Positions 18,683 to 28,392 of a stretch of 64,000 nt of DNA are shown in pieces. Numbering within the stretch: position 1 is the stretch's first letter; the number at the start of each line of letters is the position of its first letter. A program made the translations under genes and the position numbers. The notes under the pieces are model-generated. The model saw only the letters and a program-made list of their open reading frames with translations. It ran no database searches and was not told the DNA's origin. The DNA is from a virus. Taxonomy: Duplodnaviria > Caudoviricetes. Location of the stretch: positions 74 through 64,073 of the IMG/VR virus record IMGVR_UViG_3300003690_000055. One strand, given 5' to 3'.

Positions 18683-20062
18683 CTATCCTCCCTTACTCTG
18701 CTTAAACTTTTTATACTTTTCAAACAGATCTTCTTTTTGTTTCTTAGCACTTACTTCCACCATTCCGGCTTCTTCGGATGGCTCAAGCACCTTAATACAT
18801 ACATTACTCGTATCCATAAAAATCGGAAATACTAGACCATCGGGGCCATTCCGATTCTTGGCAACGAACATTCGTCCACCATTAGTATTTTTATCTTCTA
18901 TCGTGCGAGAAATAGTAAAAATAAAATCAGCAATGAAACATTTATTAAATGCCTCGGAGATTGATTCCATAGTAATAACTTCTGCGTTTAATCCAGACCG
19001 ATTAGTCTGTGATGCTGTCCACACTGGTGCCTTGTATTCTGCTGCAATACCACGCAGCTCTTCATAAATAGATTCGAGTTCGTTCCTCTTCTCTTTTAAA
19101 TACCGAACTGGGCGAAGTAAATCGCCGTAGTCAACGATGATCATATCTACTTCAATACTTCTCATCCGTAATTTTTCTAAATGATTCCGAATAGTTTGAG
19201 TGGTGGCAGTCTTTGTGGGATATTCTTTTACAATAAGTTTACCTTCAATACCCTGCACCTCTTCATAAATTTGTTCTTTAAAAGCGCCGAGATTTTGAAT
19301 GGGAATTTTAGTGAGGCACGAATCATAGCGAGAAGCTACCACCATATCTTGTAGTTCTAATGTGTAATGAACCACCGTCTTTCCCTCTTTGAGAGCCTGT
19401 GTACCCAGATGAACAAGAGCCATTGACTTCCCGGCGCCGGTAGGCGAAATGACCACACCCAATTCTTTTTGTCCCAAGCCCCCCTTGCAAACATTATCAA
19501 TTAGGTCCCACCCAGTTGTAGATGGATTGCGAAACCGAGGCTTAAACCGCTCCTCAAAATCCTTTTTATAATCATAACCCTCATCGTTGTTCATACCAAG
19601 TTTGAGCGAGTCATTAATAACCTGAGAGATCTCATCAAAAGATGAATTCTGTAGCAATCCGATGGACTTAATCATCGCCGACTTTAAATTCTGTTTCTTA
19701 CAAAAGTCGAGGGAAGTGTCTTTAATATATGCCACGTCTGTGAGATCTGTAATTTGACTGCGAACATAAAACTCGCGAGTTTGTTTCGCGGTAAGCTCAT
19801 TTTCATCGTCAAGCTCTGAACGAAGGATGGTTTTCATAATATCCCTAGAGGGATGAACTTCATACTTCTTACGATAATCAAACACCTTGTTTAAAAATAG
19901 TTTAAGATAGTTTAATTCTAAGAAATTTACATCAAGCACTTCTTCAATTTGATCAGCGAACGCTCGATCATCGAGGATCACCATACACAACTTCTCTTGG
20001 AAAGACTTTCCGTACTTGGAAAAGTTTACAGACTCACCGTTCAATTTCATAGCTTCCCTCAT
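18683..20062 (-). CDS. Replicative helicase (gp41/DnaB family)
   Basis: SPTGAGKS, YTLE, IVDYGD, TASQTNR, KNRNG. Confidence 0.92.
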   Translation of the reverse strand: MREAMKLNGESVNFSKYGKSFQEKLCMVILDDRAFADQIEEVLDVNFLELNYLKLFLNKVFDYRKKYEVHPSRDIMKTILRSELDDENELTAKQTREFYVRSQITDLTDVAYIKDTSLDFCKKQNLKSAMIKSIGLLQNSSFDEISQVINDSLKLGMNNDEGYDYKKDFEERFKPRFRNPSTTGWDLIDNVCKGGLGQKELGVVISPTGAGKSMALVHLGTQALKEGKTVVHYTLELQDMVVASRYDSCLTKIPIQNLGAFKEQIYEEVQGIEGKLIVKEYPTKTATTQTIRNHLEKLRMRSIEVDMIIVDYGDLLRPVRYLKEKRNELESIYEELRGIAAEYKAPVWTASQTNRSGLNAEVITMESISEAFNKCFIADFIFTISRTIEDKNTNGGRMFVAKNRNGPDGLVFPIFMDTSNVCIKVLEPSEEAGMVEVSAKKQKEDLFEKYKKFKQSKGG

Positions 20063-20067
20063 GGCTA

Positions 20068-20096
20068 ATAATACTAGCTCCTAAGTGCTTTGTCAA
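20068..20096 (-). promoter_or_regulatory. Sigma70-type promoter for the helicase
   Basis: TTGACA-N17-TATTAT, ATG 5 nt downstream. Confidence 0.72.
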
Positions 20097-21039
20097 CACA
20101 AATTCTATTCATTGTTGCGTGAAGGTCATCCCAATTAAATACGCCAAAACCATCCTGGTTCATCATACGAATAACCTCGGTTTTGTTATAATCATACTCA
20201 AAATTATCCAGCGTATAGTGTACCTTATCTCGACATTGTAAAGAGAGTGCCGGAGCATACAGTTGCATCAATTTATAGTTCTCTATAATTACATCTCTGT
20301 AAGCCAAAACGTTCGTGAAAAATTTAGCTTTGGAGTCGCTTTTAAGACAAAAATCAAAAATCTCTTGCAATGTCGCATCCTTATCTTCTTTAAGAAATTT
20401 TAAGTTTTTTGAAATACTTTTAAGGCCGGCGCCGGGAACTCCTTTGAGATTGTCGGAAGGGTCGCCAGCAATCGCCCTCGCCATTGCAAAGTTACGCGGG
20501 TGGATATCAAAATCCTCCACAATATTTAACTTATTATGAACCTTCTTTTGAATGGGCCGGAATAAAACTGTTTCGTCGTTGCACAACTGGATGAAATCCT
20601 TATCACTCGAAACAATTACCTTCTGCCATCCCTTAAAGTGGTCGAGCTGGGTGGCATATGCTATTACATCATCAGCTTCCACCTCGTCAAAGCGAAGTTG
20701 AACCACTGGGAGCTCATTGAGATATTCTATCAGGCGTAGTTGCTGCCACGCCATATTAGCTTGCTGTTGTTCATCAGTCAAATCCGTCTGGCGATTGACG
20801 CGGATGGGCTTGCGGCCTTCCTTATAATTCTTGTTTTGTTCGCGCCTCTTCCGGCTGCCCCCGGGACCATCCCAGATAATCATCACCGTGTCTGGCCTAA
20901 TGTCCCTACACAGCTTCTGCAAGATGCCTAGGAAGCCCTTCAAGCCACCGATGGGCTGCCCGTGAGCAGACAGGCTTGGGTTGACGATAAACGCCCTAAA
21001 ATAGGCGTTGAGAGCGTCAACGATCATTACTCTTTTCAT
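20074..21039 (-). CDS. 5'-3' exonuclease / flap endonuclease (T4 RNase H or Pol I N-terminal-like)
   Basis: IVDALN, IWDG, YKEGR, EADD, SSDKD, GDPSDN. Confidence 0.93.
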   Translation of the reverse strand: MKRVMIVDALNAYFRAFIVNPSLSAHGQPIGGLKGFLGILQKLCRDIRPDTVMIIWDGPGGSRKRREQNKNYKEGRKPIRVNRQTDLTDEQQQANMAWQQLRLIEYLNELPVVQLRFDEVEADDVIAYATQLDHFKGWQKVIVSSDKDFIQLCNDETVLFRPIQKKVHNKLNIVEDFDIHPRNFAMARAIAGDPSDNLKGVPGAGLKSISKNLKFLKEDKDATLQEIFDFCLKSDSKAKFFTNVLAYRDVIIENYKLMQLYAPALSLQCRDKVHYTLDNFEYDYNKTEVIRMMNQDGFGVFNWDDLHATMNRICVDKALRS

Positions 21040-21069
21040 GTGTATCCCCTAATGTATGAAACTCCTATG

Positions 21070-21098
21070 AGTATACCTCACAGGAGCCTCGAAGTCAA
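21070..21098 (-). promoter_or_regulatory. Sigma70-type promoter
   Basis: TTGACT-N17-TATACT upstream of the exonuclease. Confidence 0.75.
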
Positions 21099-21102
21099 GG
21101 GG

Positions 21103-21339
21103 TTATTTAGGAGAAATATCCGAGGATTCGCGAGCTAATAGATCATCGGCTTCTTCTAGCTCGACAGTACTCTGTTTTCTATCGTCGAGCCATTTCTTGG
21201 CTTCTTTATGTGTGGCGAAGGCGCCGCGGCTCACTAAAGCTTTTACTACCGACGATGGTTCGTCCTCTTCTTCTTCGGGCTTCGGCTTCTTGCGAGCTTT
21301 ACCTAAAAAGTCTCGCCAGCCTTCCATTATAAGTTTCAT
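21103..21339 (-). CDS. Small late protein with an IMEGWRDFL N-terminal tag
   Basis: The N-terminus resembles ITESWRKYL of the upstream gene. Confidence 0.65.
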   Translation of the reverse strand: MKLIMEGWRDFLGKARKKPKPEEEEDEPSSVVKALVSRGAFATHKEAKKWLDDRKQSTVELEEADDLLARESSDISPK

Positions 21340-22069
21340 TTGTTTGAATCACCCCCCCACCTACTCCGGTCGATGGGCGGCATGCCGGCCGCGGGGCCGC
21401 GGCCCGGATGCGGTTATCTTCTTCCCACTCCTGTTCTAACGAGGGGAGCCCCTCCCGCGCCCGGCGAGCATTTTCGGCCTCTACGGAGGCACGCCATTCG
21501 GCCTGCCGGGCTGCGGTGTTCGCCTTTGCCGCTTCGGCTTCCCAGGCGTCGGGCTTCCCGACGGCCTTCGTGACGATAGTGGATGTTAAATCTGGATCAC
21601 CGAGCTTCTCTCGAACTTTCAAAATCACAGCCGCCACCATGGCCCCCCCAACGCCGCCGGCGACGGTTCCAGCGCCGCCGAGGAGGGCGAGCTCGCCACC
21701 CCAGGCAGCCATGAAGGGGCCGAGGATCTCGCCGGCCATCACGAGGGCCGCGGTCATACCACCAATGGCGCCTACCCAAGCGCCGACTTTGGGGGCTTCT
21801 TGTCGAAATTCGTCGCCGGTTGCAACCTCGCTAAGTTGTGTATCGAGCTTGGCCACCATCGCTTCAGCGGCCTCGTCGATCATCGCTTGCATCTCAGGGG
21901 GCAGATCAGCAACGGCTGCCTCGACCCCCTCTTCGCCCAATTCTTCGAGGGCATCCTGACCGGCCTGAGCTAGCTCTTCAGGATTCGGCTGATCGTCCTC
22001 AGCCAAATACTTACGCCAACTCTCTGTAATTAACTGGTGATTTTTATAACTTGACCACTTACTCATCAT
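21336..22069 (-). CDS. Late protein with a glycine-zipper hydrophobic segment; true stop probably 21336
   Basis: Removing the 8-nt tandem duplication GGCCGCGG at 21387-21402 gives ...IRAAAGMPPIDRSRWGGDSNK* with an ATGA overlap onto the next gene. Confidence 0.65.
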
Positions 22070-22098
22070 GATTCTCCGAGAATGTATAATAAATAGTT

Positions 22099-23066
22099 CT
22101 ATTCTTTATCTACGTCGTAGAAATCCGCAGCGCTTCCTTCGCGCACATCAAACTTACGAATGATCTGCTCATCCATAATCTCAAGTACTCGGGTTTAACC
22201 TCTTCGGTGCCCCATAGAATCTTGAACGCACAGTTGCGCCCCTGTGTGCCGAAGCGAGACTTCTCAAGCTTGACCTTCACCTCGGAGCCGATGCGGAAGC
22301 CGCTCTCGTCCTCGATGAAAGCAGACTTGGCCTTGCGCCCAGTCAACCAGATGCGGAGAGAGTATACATAGTGCATCGCCTTTCCGCCCGGAGTAATAAA
22401 CGGTGTCGTCATTGCGACGATGCGCGCATTCGGTCCTTGTGGAATGTTAGTTTTCAACTGGTTGAGAACCAGGAAGGCTGACTTGGTATTTGCAATTGGA
22501 ATCGTCAACTTGGACATCCCCTTTGATAATATACGTGCCTTCATTGCCATCGTGGACTGAGGATTAAAGTCCCCTTCCACATCCGTGATGGTGGGTGTCA
22601 TAGCCAAGGAGTCCCAGATAAATAGGGTTCTTTCTGCTCCCGACTTCAAAACATTTTCAACGGTTTCTAGCACATGCTCAACCGACTGAGCCTGAACATA
22701 TATAAGTTCATTTACATCGCATCCGGCGCGTTCAAGGAAGCCCGGATCAATTGCTGACTCAGAATCCATATAAATTACAGTCATTCCCATCTGTTGGGCG
22801 TTGCCAGCAACCTGCGCAGCCATAAAAGATTTACCAGTTGATTCCAAGCCGGCGATCTCTGTGAATTTACCCACCGGGATGCCTGCCAGTTGGCCTCTAC
22901 AAACAATAGAATCCAACCAGCGCGAACCGGTTGGAATCCATTCTTTTACTTCTGTGGGGTTGGCCTCTTTGAGGTTATGTGCCACATCGAGGCCTGATGT
23001 TTTGTTGATTAGGGTCCGAAGCCCATCAATGGAGATCTTGCCGGCCTTTGATTTACTTTTTGCCAT
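22099..23066 (-). CDS. recA: RecA/UvsX recombinase with an apparent deletion/frameshift near 22197
   Basis: IPTGS, GLESTGKS, DSE, WDSLA, NQ, PGGKA, EKSRFG. A plausible C-terminus TRVLEIMDEQIIRKFDVREGSAADFYDVDKE* lies in a shifted frame. Confidence 0.9.
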
Positions 23067-23070
23067 TATC

Positions 23071-23562
23071 TTATGTTAACGTGAGGAGTCCATTTTTGGT
23101 CTGAACCACCACATCGAAACCTGCGACGAATACATCTGCCATCCGATCGCCTAGACTATATAACTCTCCAGCGCGGACCTTAACGTTAGATGCTACCTCG
23201 CACGTACCACGCTTGTGATCATGACGTTCAGTAGAAATGGTGAGCAGATCATATTCATAGGCCTTCTCTTGAATGGTTTCAGTTAGATACTCTTTAAAGA
23301 AGCCCTCACGCTCATAGTCCTCAAGCAATCCTTCCCCGCGCATATTTTCCAAAATGTCTTCGCCATACCGAGAAAGCACCGTGATATTGCCCGGGCAGAC
23401 CAAGAGGCCGGCGAGCATCGAAGCAGTGGTGGTTTCCCCGAGAGCCGTCTCTATATAATCATCTGTAATGTGCCAGACAGAAACGCTCTCTTCATAATTT
23501 AAATAAACATAATCATCCTCGGCAACGTTTAGTTCGCGGAGGGTTTTAATAATCGTTCCCAC
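23071..23562 (-). CDS. Hypothetical protein
   Basis: GTG start at 23562 preceded by AAAGGAA. Confidence 0.65.
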   Translation of the reverse strand: MGTIIKTLRELNVAEDDYVYLNYEESVSVWHITDDYIETALGETTTASMLAGLLVCPGNITVLSRYGEDILENMRGEGLLEDYEREGFFKEYLTETIQEKAYEYDLLTISTERHDHKRGTCEVASNVKVRAGELYSLGDRMADVFVAGFDVVVQTKNGLLTLT

Positions 23563-23589
23563 TTTAATTCCCTTTCTTTTAATAAGTGT

Positions 23590-23619
23590 GAGACATCTAT
23601 AGCCCATGCCTCCCTGTGG
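23590..23619 (-). ncRNA. Candidate structured RNA motif, copy B
   Basis: CCACAGG-GAGGCAT-GGGCTATAG-ATGTCTC. Confidence 0.55.
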
Positions 23620-23629
23620 CTTTTAAAGA

Positions 23630-23818
23630 TTATTCTACGTTTTTAGCTTCTTGAACCTCAACGCGAAGTTCCTGGGCTAATGTCTTAACATCCTGCATTG
23701 TCTTGCGTACGCGAGTACCGGCGGCGTTGTTGCCACGCTCAAAGAACTTATCATGATCGTCGCGCACTCCCTCAAGGAGGGTAATCAGCTGTTCAAGTCG
23801 ATTCGTTTTAGTAGTCAT
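23630..23818 (-). CDS. Histone H1-like (Hc1 family) small protein
   Basis: KFFERGNNAAGTRVRK...QELR signature. Confidence 0.75.
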   Translation of the reverse strand: MTTKTNRLEQLITLLEGVRDDHDKFFERGNNAAGTRVRKTMQDVKTLAQELRVEVQEAKNVE

Positions 23819-23837
23819 AACTACTCCTTTCTAAATT

Positions 23838-23869
23838 GAGACACCTGATAACCCTGTGCCTCCCTGTGG
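23838..23869 (-). ncRNA. Candidate structured RNA motif, copy A
   Basis: CCACAGG-GAGGCAC-AGGGTTATCAG-GTGTCTC. Confidence 0.55.
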
Positions 23870-23878
23870 GGGGGATTA

Positions 23879-24652
23879 TTAGAGAGAACCCAACTCTGCG
23901 AAAGCCGCATCGACAGCGTTGGTTTCGCCATCTGTGCTTTTACCATACTTTTCCGTCTCAGTACTAACGCTCTCGGGATCGTCAACCTGTGCGTTGACAA
24001 AAGTGTCGAGGATAGTTTGGACATCGGTAGTCGTCTTTCGCTCAAACAAACCAGTGAAATCTGGAATGCTGTCTAAAAGCTCGGCGCACTTCTCGGGCGT
24101 CAGATCCTCGCAAAGCGGGGACGAACGGCGACGGGGCACAAGCTTCGTCTGTGGGAAGGAAGCCCCTGGCGGCTTCCCGTAGGTCATCTGTAGGTCGGTG
24201 CCTGTCTCGGTATCGGTGATATCCCCATACTCCGGATTCAGCACGAGCGTCAAAAGGTTCTCATAAGCAGTCTTGCCATAGCCCCACACGCGGACACCTC
24301 TTTCTTCCTCGCCGCGAACCATCACGGGACTGAAGAAGCGCTGTCGCACGAACAGTGACTTTGCAACCTTCTTACTATGTTCGTCGTTACTGTTTGCGCC
24401 TTCACGCCACAGCTGTGAGGCGAACTCACACACAGGACACTCGTCGCTGTAGTTGCGCTTAGGACACAGGAACCCTCCCTTTTCAACATTGTAATGAAAC
24501 CACATCTCTTTGAAGGGGTCTCCATCCGCTGTCGGAACGATTCGAATAGTCTGGTCCCCATCCTCGGGGCGCCAGAAAGTGTCATTTGAGGAGTTTCCGT
24601 CTCCACGTAGTGACGAGAGCTTCTCTCTCATCTTGTCTAAATTAATACCCAT
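23879..24652 (-). CDS. Single-stranded DNA-binding protein, gp32-like
   Basis: FWRP, IRIVP, H...C...CPVC zinc motif, acidic tail AFAEL. Confidence 0.85.
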   Translation of the reverse strand: MGINLDKMREKLSSLRGDGNSSNDTFWRPEDGDQTIRIVPTADGDPFKEMWFHYNVEKGGFLCPKRNYSDECPVCEFASQLWREGANSNDEHSKKVAKSLFVRQRFFSPVMVRGEEERGVRVWGYGKTAYENLLTLVLNPEYGDITDTETGTDLQMTYGKPPGASFPQTKLVPRRRSSPLCEDLTPEKCAELLDSIPDFTGLFERKTTTDVQTILDTFVNAQVDDPESVSTETEKYGKSTDGETNAVDAAFAELGSL

Positions 24653-24683
24653 TTTATTTTCCTTTCTTTGGGTTAGAGTACGA

Positions 24684-25526
24684 TCAGCTAATATCCTGAT
24701 CGTCTAAAAATGATTGTACCATAGATGAATACTTAATGCAATAACAATATTTTTGGTCATAGGTGGTTTTAAACACTCCGTATGAAACATTTACTCCCGT
24801 AACGACCTGAGCCTTAACATAGTCTGTAATTTTCTTGAACAATGTGCCATCTTCCTTAAGTTGTTCTTCATTGATACCATAATAGTATACCACATCACGT
24901 GGGTTTGTCAAGTTACAAAACCACTTTTCTTCAGATTTTTCAATATCGAGCAGCCCAATCGTGGCAATACGACTTAACCTTGAAGGTTCAATAAAGTTGC
25001 CAATTACAGGCTCAGAATTTTTAAATACATTAATCATATGAACCAGATTAACGATCGCTTGATTCAAAATATCGTAGTAGCCCATAATAGGAACATCTCC
25101 AATTCCCATTTCAACCATTTGATTGTCTATGAGCCATATCGCCTCGATTATACCAGAACGAGCATACTCCTGTAAAATATTACTAACAATTTTTTCTTGC
25201 ATTTTTTGTACTTCGCTTGCGAGCGTTAGATCAGCTTGGATATAAATAACCGTTATTCTATTATTTTTAATCTGTTCCAAAAGCCTGAGTATACCGCCGG
25301 AGATCTGCCCGGCACCCGCTGTTACAACGTAAACATCGCTATCAGTAAACTTAAGTTTTCTCTTAAGTGAGGGAAAGCTCTTATCATAGTCTTCATGATT
25401 ATTCCTTTTTTTGATGGTGATATCAGCATCTTTAGAAGTATCAATCCCATATGTTTCATACTGCGGAAACTTTGAAAAAGCTTTTGCAATATTACAGCCT
25501 GCTTTTCCCAAGCCCACAATTTTCAC
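24684..25526 (-). CDS. Divergent tubulin/FtsZ-like (PhuZ/TubZ-like) protein
   Basis: IVGLGKAGCNI (T1 loop), IDTS, AGAGQISG (degenerate signature loop), LIDN. Confidence 0.7.
   Translation of the reverse strand: MKIVGLGKAGCNIAKAFSKFPQYETYGIDTSKDADITIKKRNNHEDYDKSFPSLKRKLKFTDSDVYVVTAGAGQISGGILRLLEQIKNNRITVIYIQADLTLASEVQKMQEKIVSNILQEYARSGIIEAIWLIDNQMVEMGIGDVPIMGYYDILNQAIVNLVHMINVFKNSEPVIGNFIEPSRLSRIATIGLLDIEKSEEKWFCNLTNPRDVVYYYGINEEQLKEDGTLFKKITDYVKAQVVTGVNVSYGVFKTTYDQKYCYCIKYSSMVQSFLDDQDIS
24884..24911 (-). promoter_or_regulatory. Sigma70-type promoter upstream of ssb
   Basis: TTGACA-N16-TATACT with an extended TG. Confidence 0.5.
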
Positions 25527-25840
25527 TCTTCTTCAACCCAGTCTAGGATCAGCCCCAGTTCAAAGCCACCGCGAGTGACACGTTTTGCCGTTGCTTCAGC
25601 AAGAATGGACTTTTCATGTATCCCGGCGCGATAACAAATAAAGTTCATAATCTCCATCACATCGGCAGCCTCTTCAGCACAAGGATTTTCAATAAATTCT
25701 TCTATTTCTTCCCGTAATTTCTTGAAAGCATAGTGGCGCAAGGTTTTGTGGTCGACTTGCCGAACTTGGGCTGTCTTACCTGCTTCCTCAATAATCTCTG
25801 GAATTCTATCTCGAACAAGTTTATTATATTCCTTTTTCAT
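25523..25840 (-). CDS. MazG/HisE-like NTP pyrophosphohydrolase
   Basis: YNKLVRDRIPEII, KLREEIEEF, EEAADVME, RGGF. Confidence 0.88.
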   Translation of the reverse strand: MKKEYNKLVRDRIPEIIEEAGKTAQVRQVDHKTLRHYAFKKLREEIEEFIENPCAEEAADVMEIMNFICYRAGIHEKSILAEATAKRVTRGGFELGLILDWVEEE

Positions 25841-27024
25841 AATCTCAATTCTTTCATATCTCCCAGATTCTTGCCCGCAGAGGCATTAACCTTAAATATA
25901 CCATACCGTGTTTTCTTGAATGTGTCAAGCAAATTCAGAATTTCATAGCGATCTTCCTCAGAAAGGTCGATATACACAGCATCGTGAATCAAAAAAGAAA
26001 TATTGCTTTTCATCCCCTTCAAAAGCTCGTAAACCTTGTAGGCCTGTTCGTGTACCATATCAATTGTGGTACTCTGAATAATATAGTTAAGAGCGTGATG
26101 CTCGTCTACATTGTTCATTACTCTACCATAATCTGTCTCAATTTTATAGCCGTCCCAGTATTTATTTTTAACTAAATCTTTGTTATAGAGACGTTCTAGC
26201 GCCTTATTTGGCTTCTGAGAATATAACCAAGAGAAAGTTTTCACCTTAGCTTCCTGCCGAGTTAATTGCCTATCAAAAACATGTCTAACGTTCCAATCGT
26301 GGATGTCATTGGTGGGTTGGGCTACTCCTGCGAGTGCCAGGAAGGCGCGCAATTCCGCCGCATTAAAATCAAGTTCAATAAACCAGTCATTCTTTGGCTT
26401 AATACAGGCGCGGAATTCTTTATTCATTGTCAAAATTGGAAAGGTGTTGAGATTAGTTGCCAAGCGTCCCGTTACGGTGCCCCAAGGATTATAGTCACAC
26501 ACGTGCTCAACACTTTGTAATGTACGATGAAAGTTCTGACCGCGGACGGAACTTAAGAGGTGCTGAACTGGACCAGTGTCTATATCTAGAATTTGCAAAC
26601 GAATGTCAGACAGCATCTCCACCAAGTTGTACATAAAATCATAGTTTTGAGGCTTAGGATACGTGTTCAGAACGTGTTCGGTTATCTTATTTCTGGTATT
26701 TAAGTACTCATACAAAAAGTATTCTGGCAGAACGTCGTAGAAACAGTTTTCGTCCAAAGAAAGACGTGATGTTTTAAAAGCCTTGAGACACGACTTAAGC
26801 GTTTTCTTGATTCCCTCCCAGTCCTCATACAACTCAGGCGGACAAACGTCTGTGAGGGTCGCTCCGTGGCTATAAATGCGTGCTATCTCATACTGTTTGC
26901 CAGGAAGGTGCCCTGAGTACTCCCAGGTCTCGCCCTCCATAGGTAATTGGGGTGTGGGGTTGATGGTATTGTCTGCGAAATATCCAGCACAATCCCTCTT
27001 TTGATCTAGGACTTGAAAAAGCAA
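25837..27024 (-). CDS. Minimal family A DNA polymerase
   Basis: TVTGRL, motif A LDFNAAELR, motif B RQEAKVKTFSWLY, LNYIIQST, motif C IHD. Confidence 0.85.
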   Translation of the reverse strand: MLFQVLDQKRDCAGYFADNTINPTPQLPMEGETWEYSGHLPGKQYEIARIYSHGATLTDVCPPELYEDWEGIKKTLKSCLKAFKTSRLSLDENCFYDVLPEYFLYEYLNTRNKITEHVLNTYPKPQNYDFMYNLVEMLSDIRLQILDIDTGPVQHLLSSVRGQNFHRTLQSVEHVCDYNPWGTVTGRLATNLNTFPILTMNKEFRACIKPKNDWFIELDFNAAELRAFLALAGVAQPTNDIHDWNVRHVFDRQLTRQEAKVKTFSWLYSQKPNKALERLYNKDLVKNKYWDGYKIETDYGRVMNNVDEHHALNYIIQSTTIDMVHEQAYKVYELLKGMKSNISFLIHDAVYIDLSEEDRYEILNLLDTFKKTRYGIFKVNASAGKNLGDMKELRL

Positions 27025-27066
27025 ACGACCTCCTAACTTATAAACTAATGACGTTAATTTTCTTTA

Positions 27067-28386
27067 TCACTTATTCGAGGCGCGGTTGATAACAACAGCA
27101 TTTTCAAATTGAAGGCCAATGGCGCCTTGATCATATATGTAATCTCTAAAAATTAGATTAACATAGTGGGCAACATTTTGCAAGCGCGAAATATTTTTAT
27201 TTGGGCGCAGATGATATTTTTCATACGCTTCTGACTTCACGCTCTGTAATTTTGCCTGTGAAAGCGGGAACTTCGCCTCACATTGCCTTAAATTAGTATA
27301 TAAATCAATTAAAAATTTAGGCGGCAAGACGTCTTCAAAGGAGACCTCACCCTTAATAACTTGTTGAGAAGTTATTTTTAGAGGGGCTCGAGCTTTCGGT
27401 GTGATTCTACAATTTTTGTTTAGCGTCTCTTTTCCCTTATCATAGTAAGGAGCGGAGCGAATGAAATTTGAATAAGAGTTCATTAGAATTCGAATCAGAT
27501 CATCGAAATCGGTCAGATATGTTTTATCATAAAAGATATCAAAAAAATTACTCTTATCTATCACCCGGGCGCCCTTCGGACCCACGTATCGTTCTAGGGC
27601 GACAGCTTTGAAAGCAGACGTAAATAGATCTGCTGTTAAAATCCAAGGAGCATTTTTATTTACCGTAAATCCAAATTTTTTAGCGCAGCCTGTGAAAAAA
27701 TCAAAATTAGGATCCTTAATAAAAGATTCATTTTTAATTCTATCGTCCCCAGCATTTTTATTTGATATGGCAATGCTAAGACCAGATGTAAAAATACTTC
27801 CGTTATTAGATAATAAATAATTTGTTTTTGTAATGGGAGCGATAGAAGACATATTCTGCAAATAAATTACGTATACATTTAAGAATGTATAAAAATCTTT
27901 TATCCTATCGCTCTGATCGCCCGTTAGAGTTTGAAAAAATACATCATAGAGGCCTTGCGTAAAGTGTGCATATTTAGAATTTGGAGATTTATATCCTTTA
28001 TGAGCTTTTATCTCCAATAAATCAGGATTTGAAGGAACCCCAAAGGCACCCTTCCTATCGAGAACGCCCATAATGAGAGCTTTTTGAATATGAGCGGCAA
28101 ACTTTTCGAACGCGGATGCCACCACGTTCAAAGCTCTGACATCTTGACTGACAGCGGGCCTGATTATTTTTAGATTTTTAGTAGATGGAATAATAGTATT
28201 CTGGACCGGATCAACTCTTCCATATAAAAGCTTATCATACCAGACATCCAAAGGAGGCGGAAAAGTCGACGGATATATTTTATTTTTATATAAATAACGT
28301 TGATAGTAAGAGGCTAAAGAAGAAAGACCATTTTGGCCAGCTGGGTTTCTCAAGTCGTATTCAGTATATTTGAAGATATCAGGCAT
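27067..28386 (-). CDS. Hypothetical protein, last gene of the baseplate block
   Basis: 439 aa ORF directly after the hub gene. Confidence 0.65.
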   Translation of the reverse strand: MPDIFKYTEYDLRNPAGQNGLSSLASYYQRYLYKNKIYPSTFPPPLDVWYDKLLYGRVDPVQNTIIPSTKNLKIIRPAVSQDVRALNVVASAFEKFAAHIQKALIMGVLDRKGAFGVPSNPDLLEIKAHKGYKSPNSKYAHFTQGLYDVFFQTLTGDQSDRIKDFYTFLNVYVIYLQNMSSIAPITKTNYLLSNNGSIFTSGLSIAISNKNAGDDRIKNESFIKDPNFDFFTGCAKKFGFTVNKNAPWILTADLFTSAFKAVALERYVGPKGARVIDKSNFFDIFYDKTYLTDFDDLIRILMNSYSNFIRSAPYYDKGKETLNKNCRITPKARAPLKITSQQVIKGEVSFEDVLPPKFLIDLYTNLRQCEAKFPLSQAKLQSVKSEAYEKYHLRPNKNISRLQNVAHYVNLIFRDYIYDQGAIGLQFENAVVINRASNK

Positions 28387-28392
28387 AATTAT

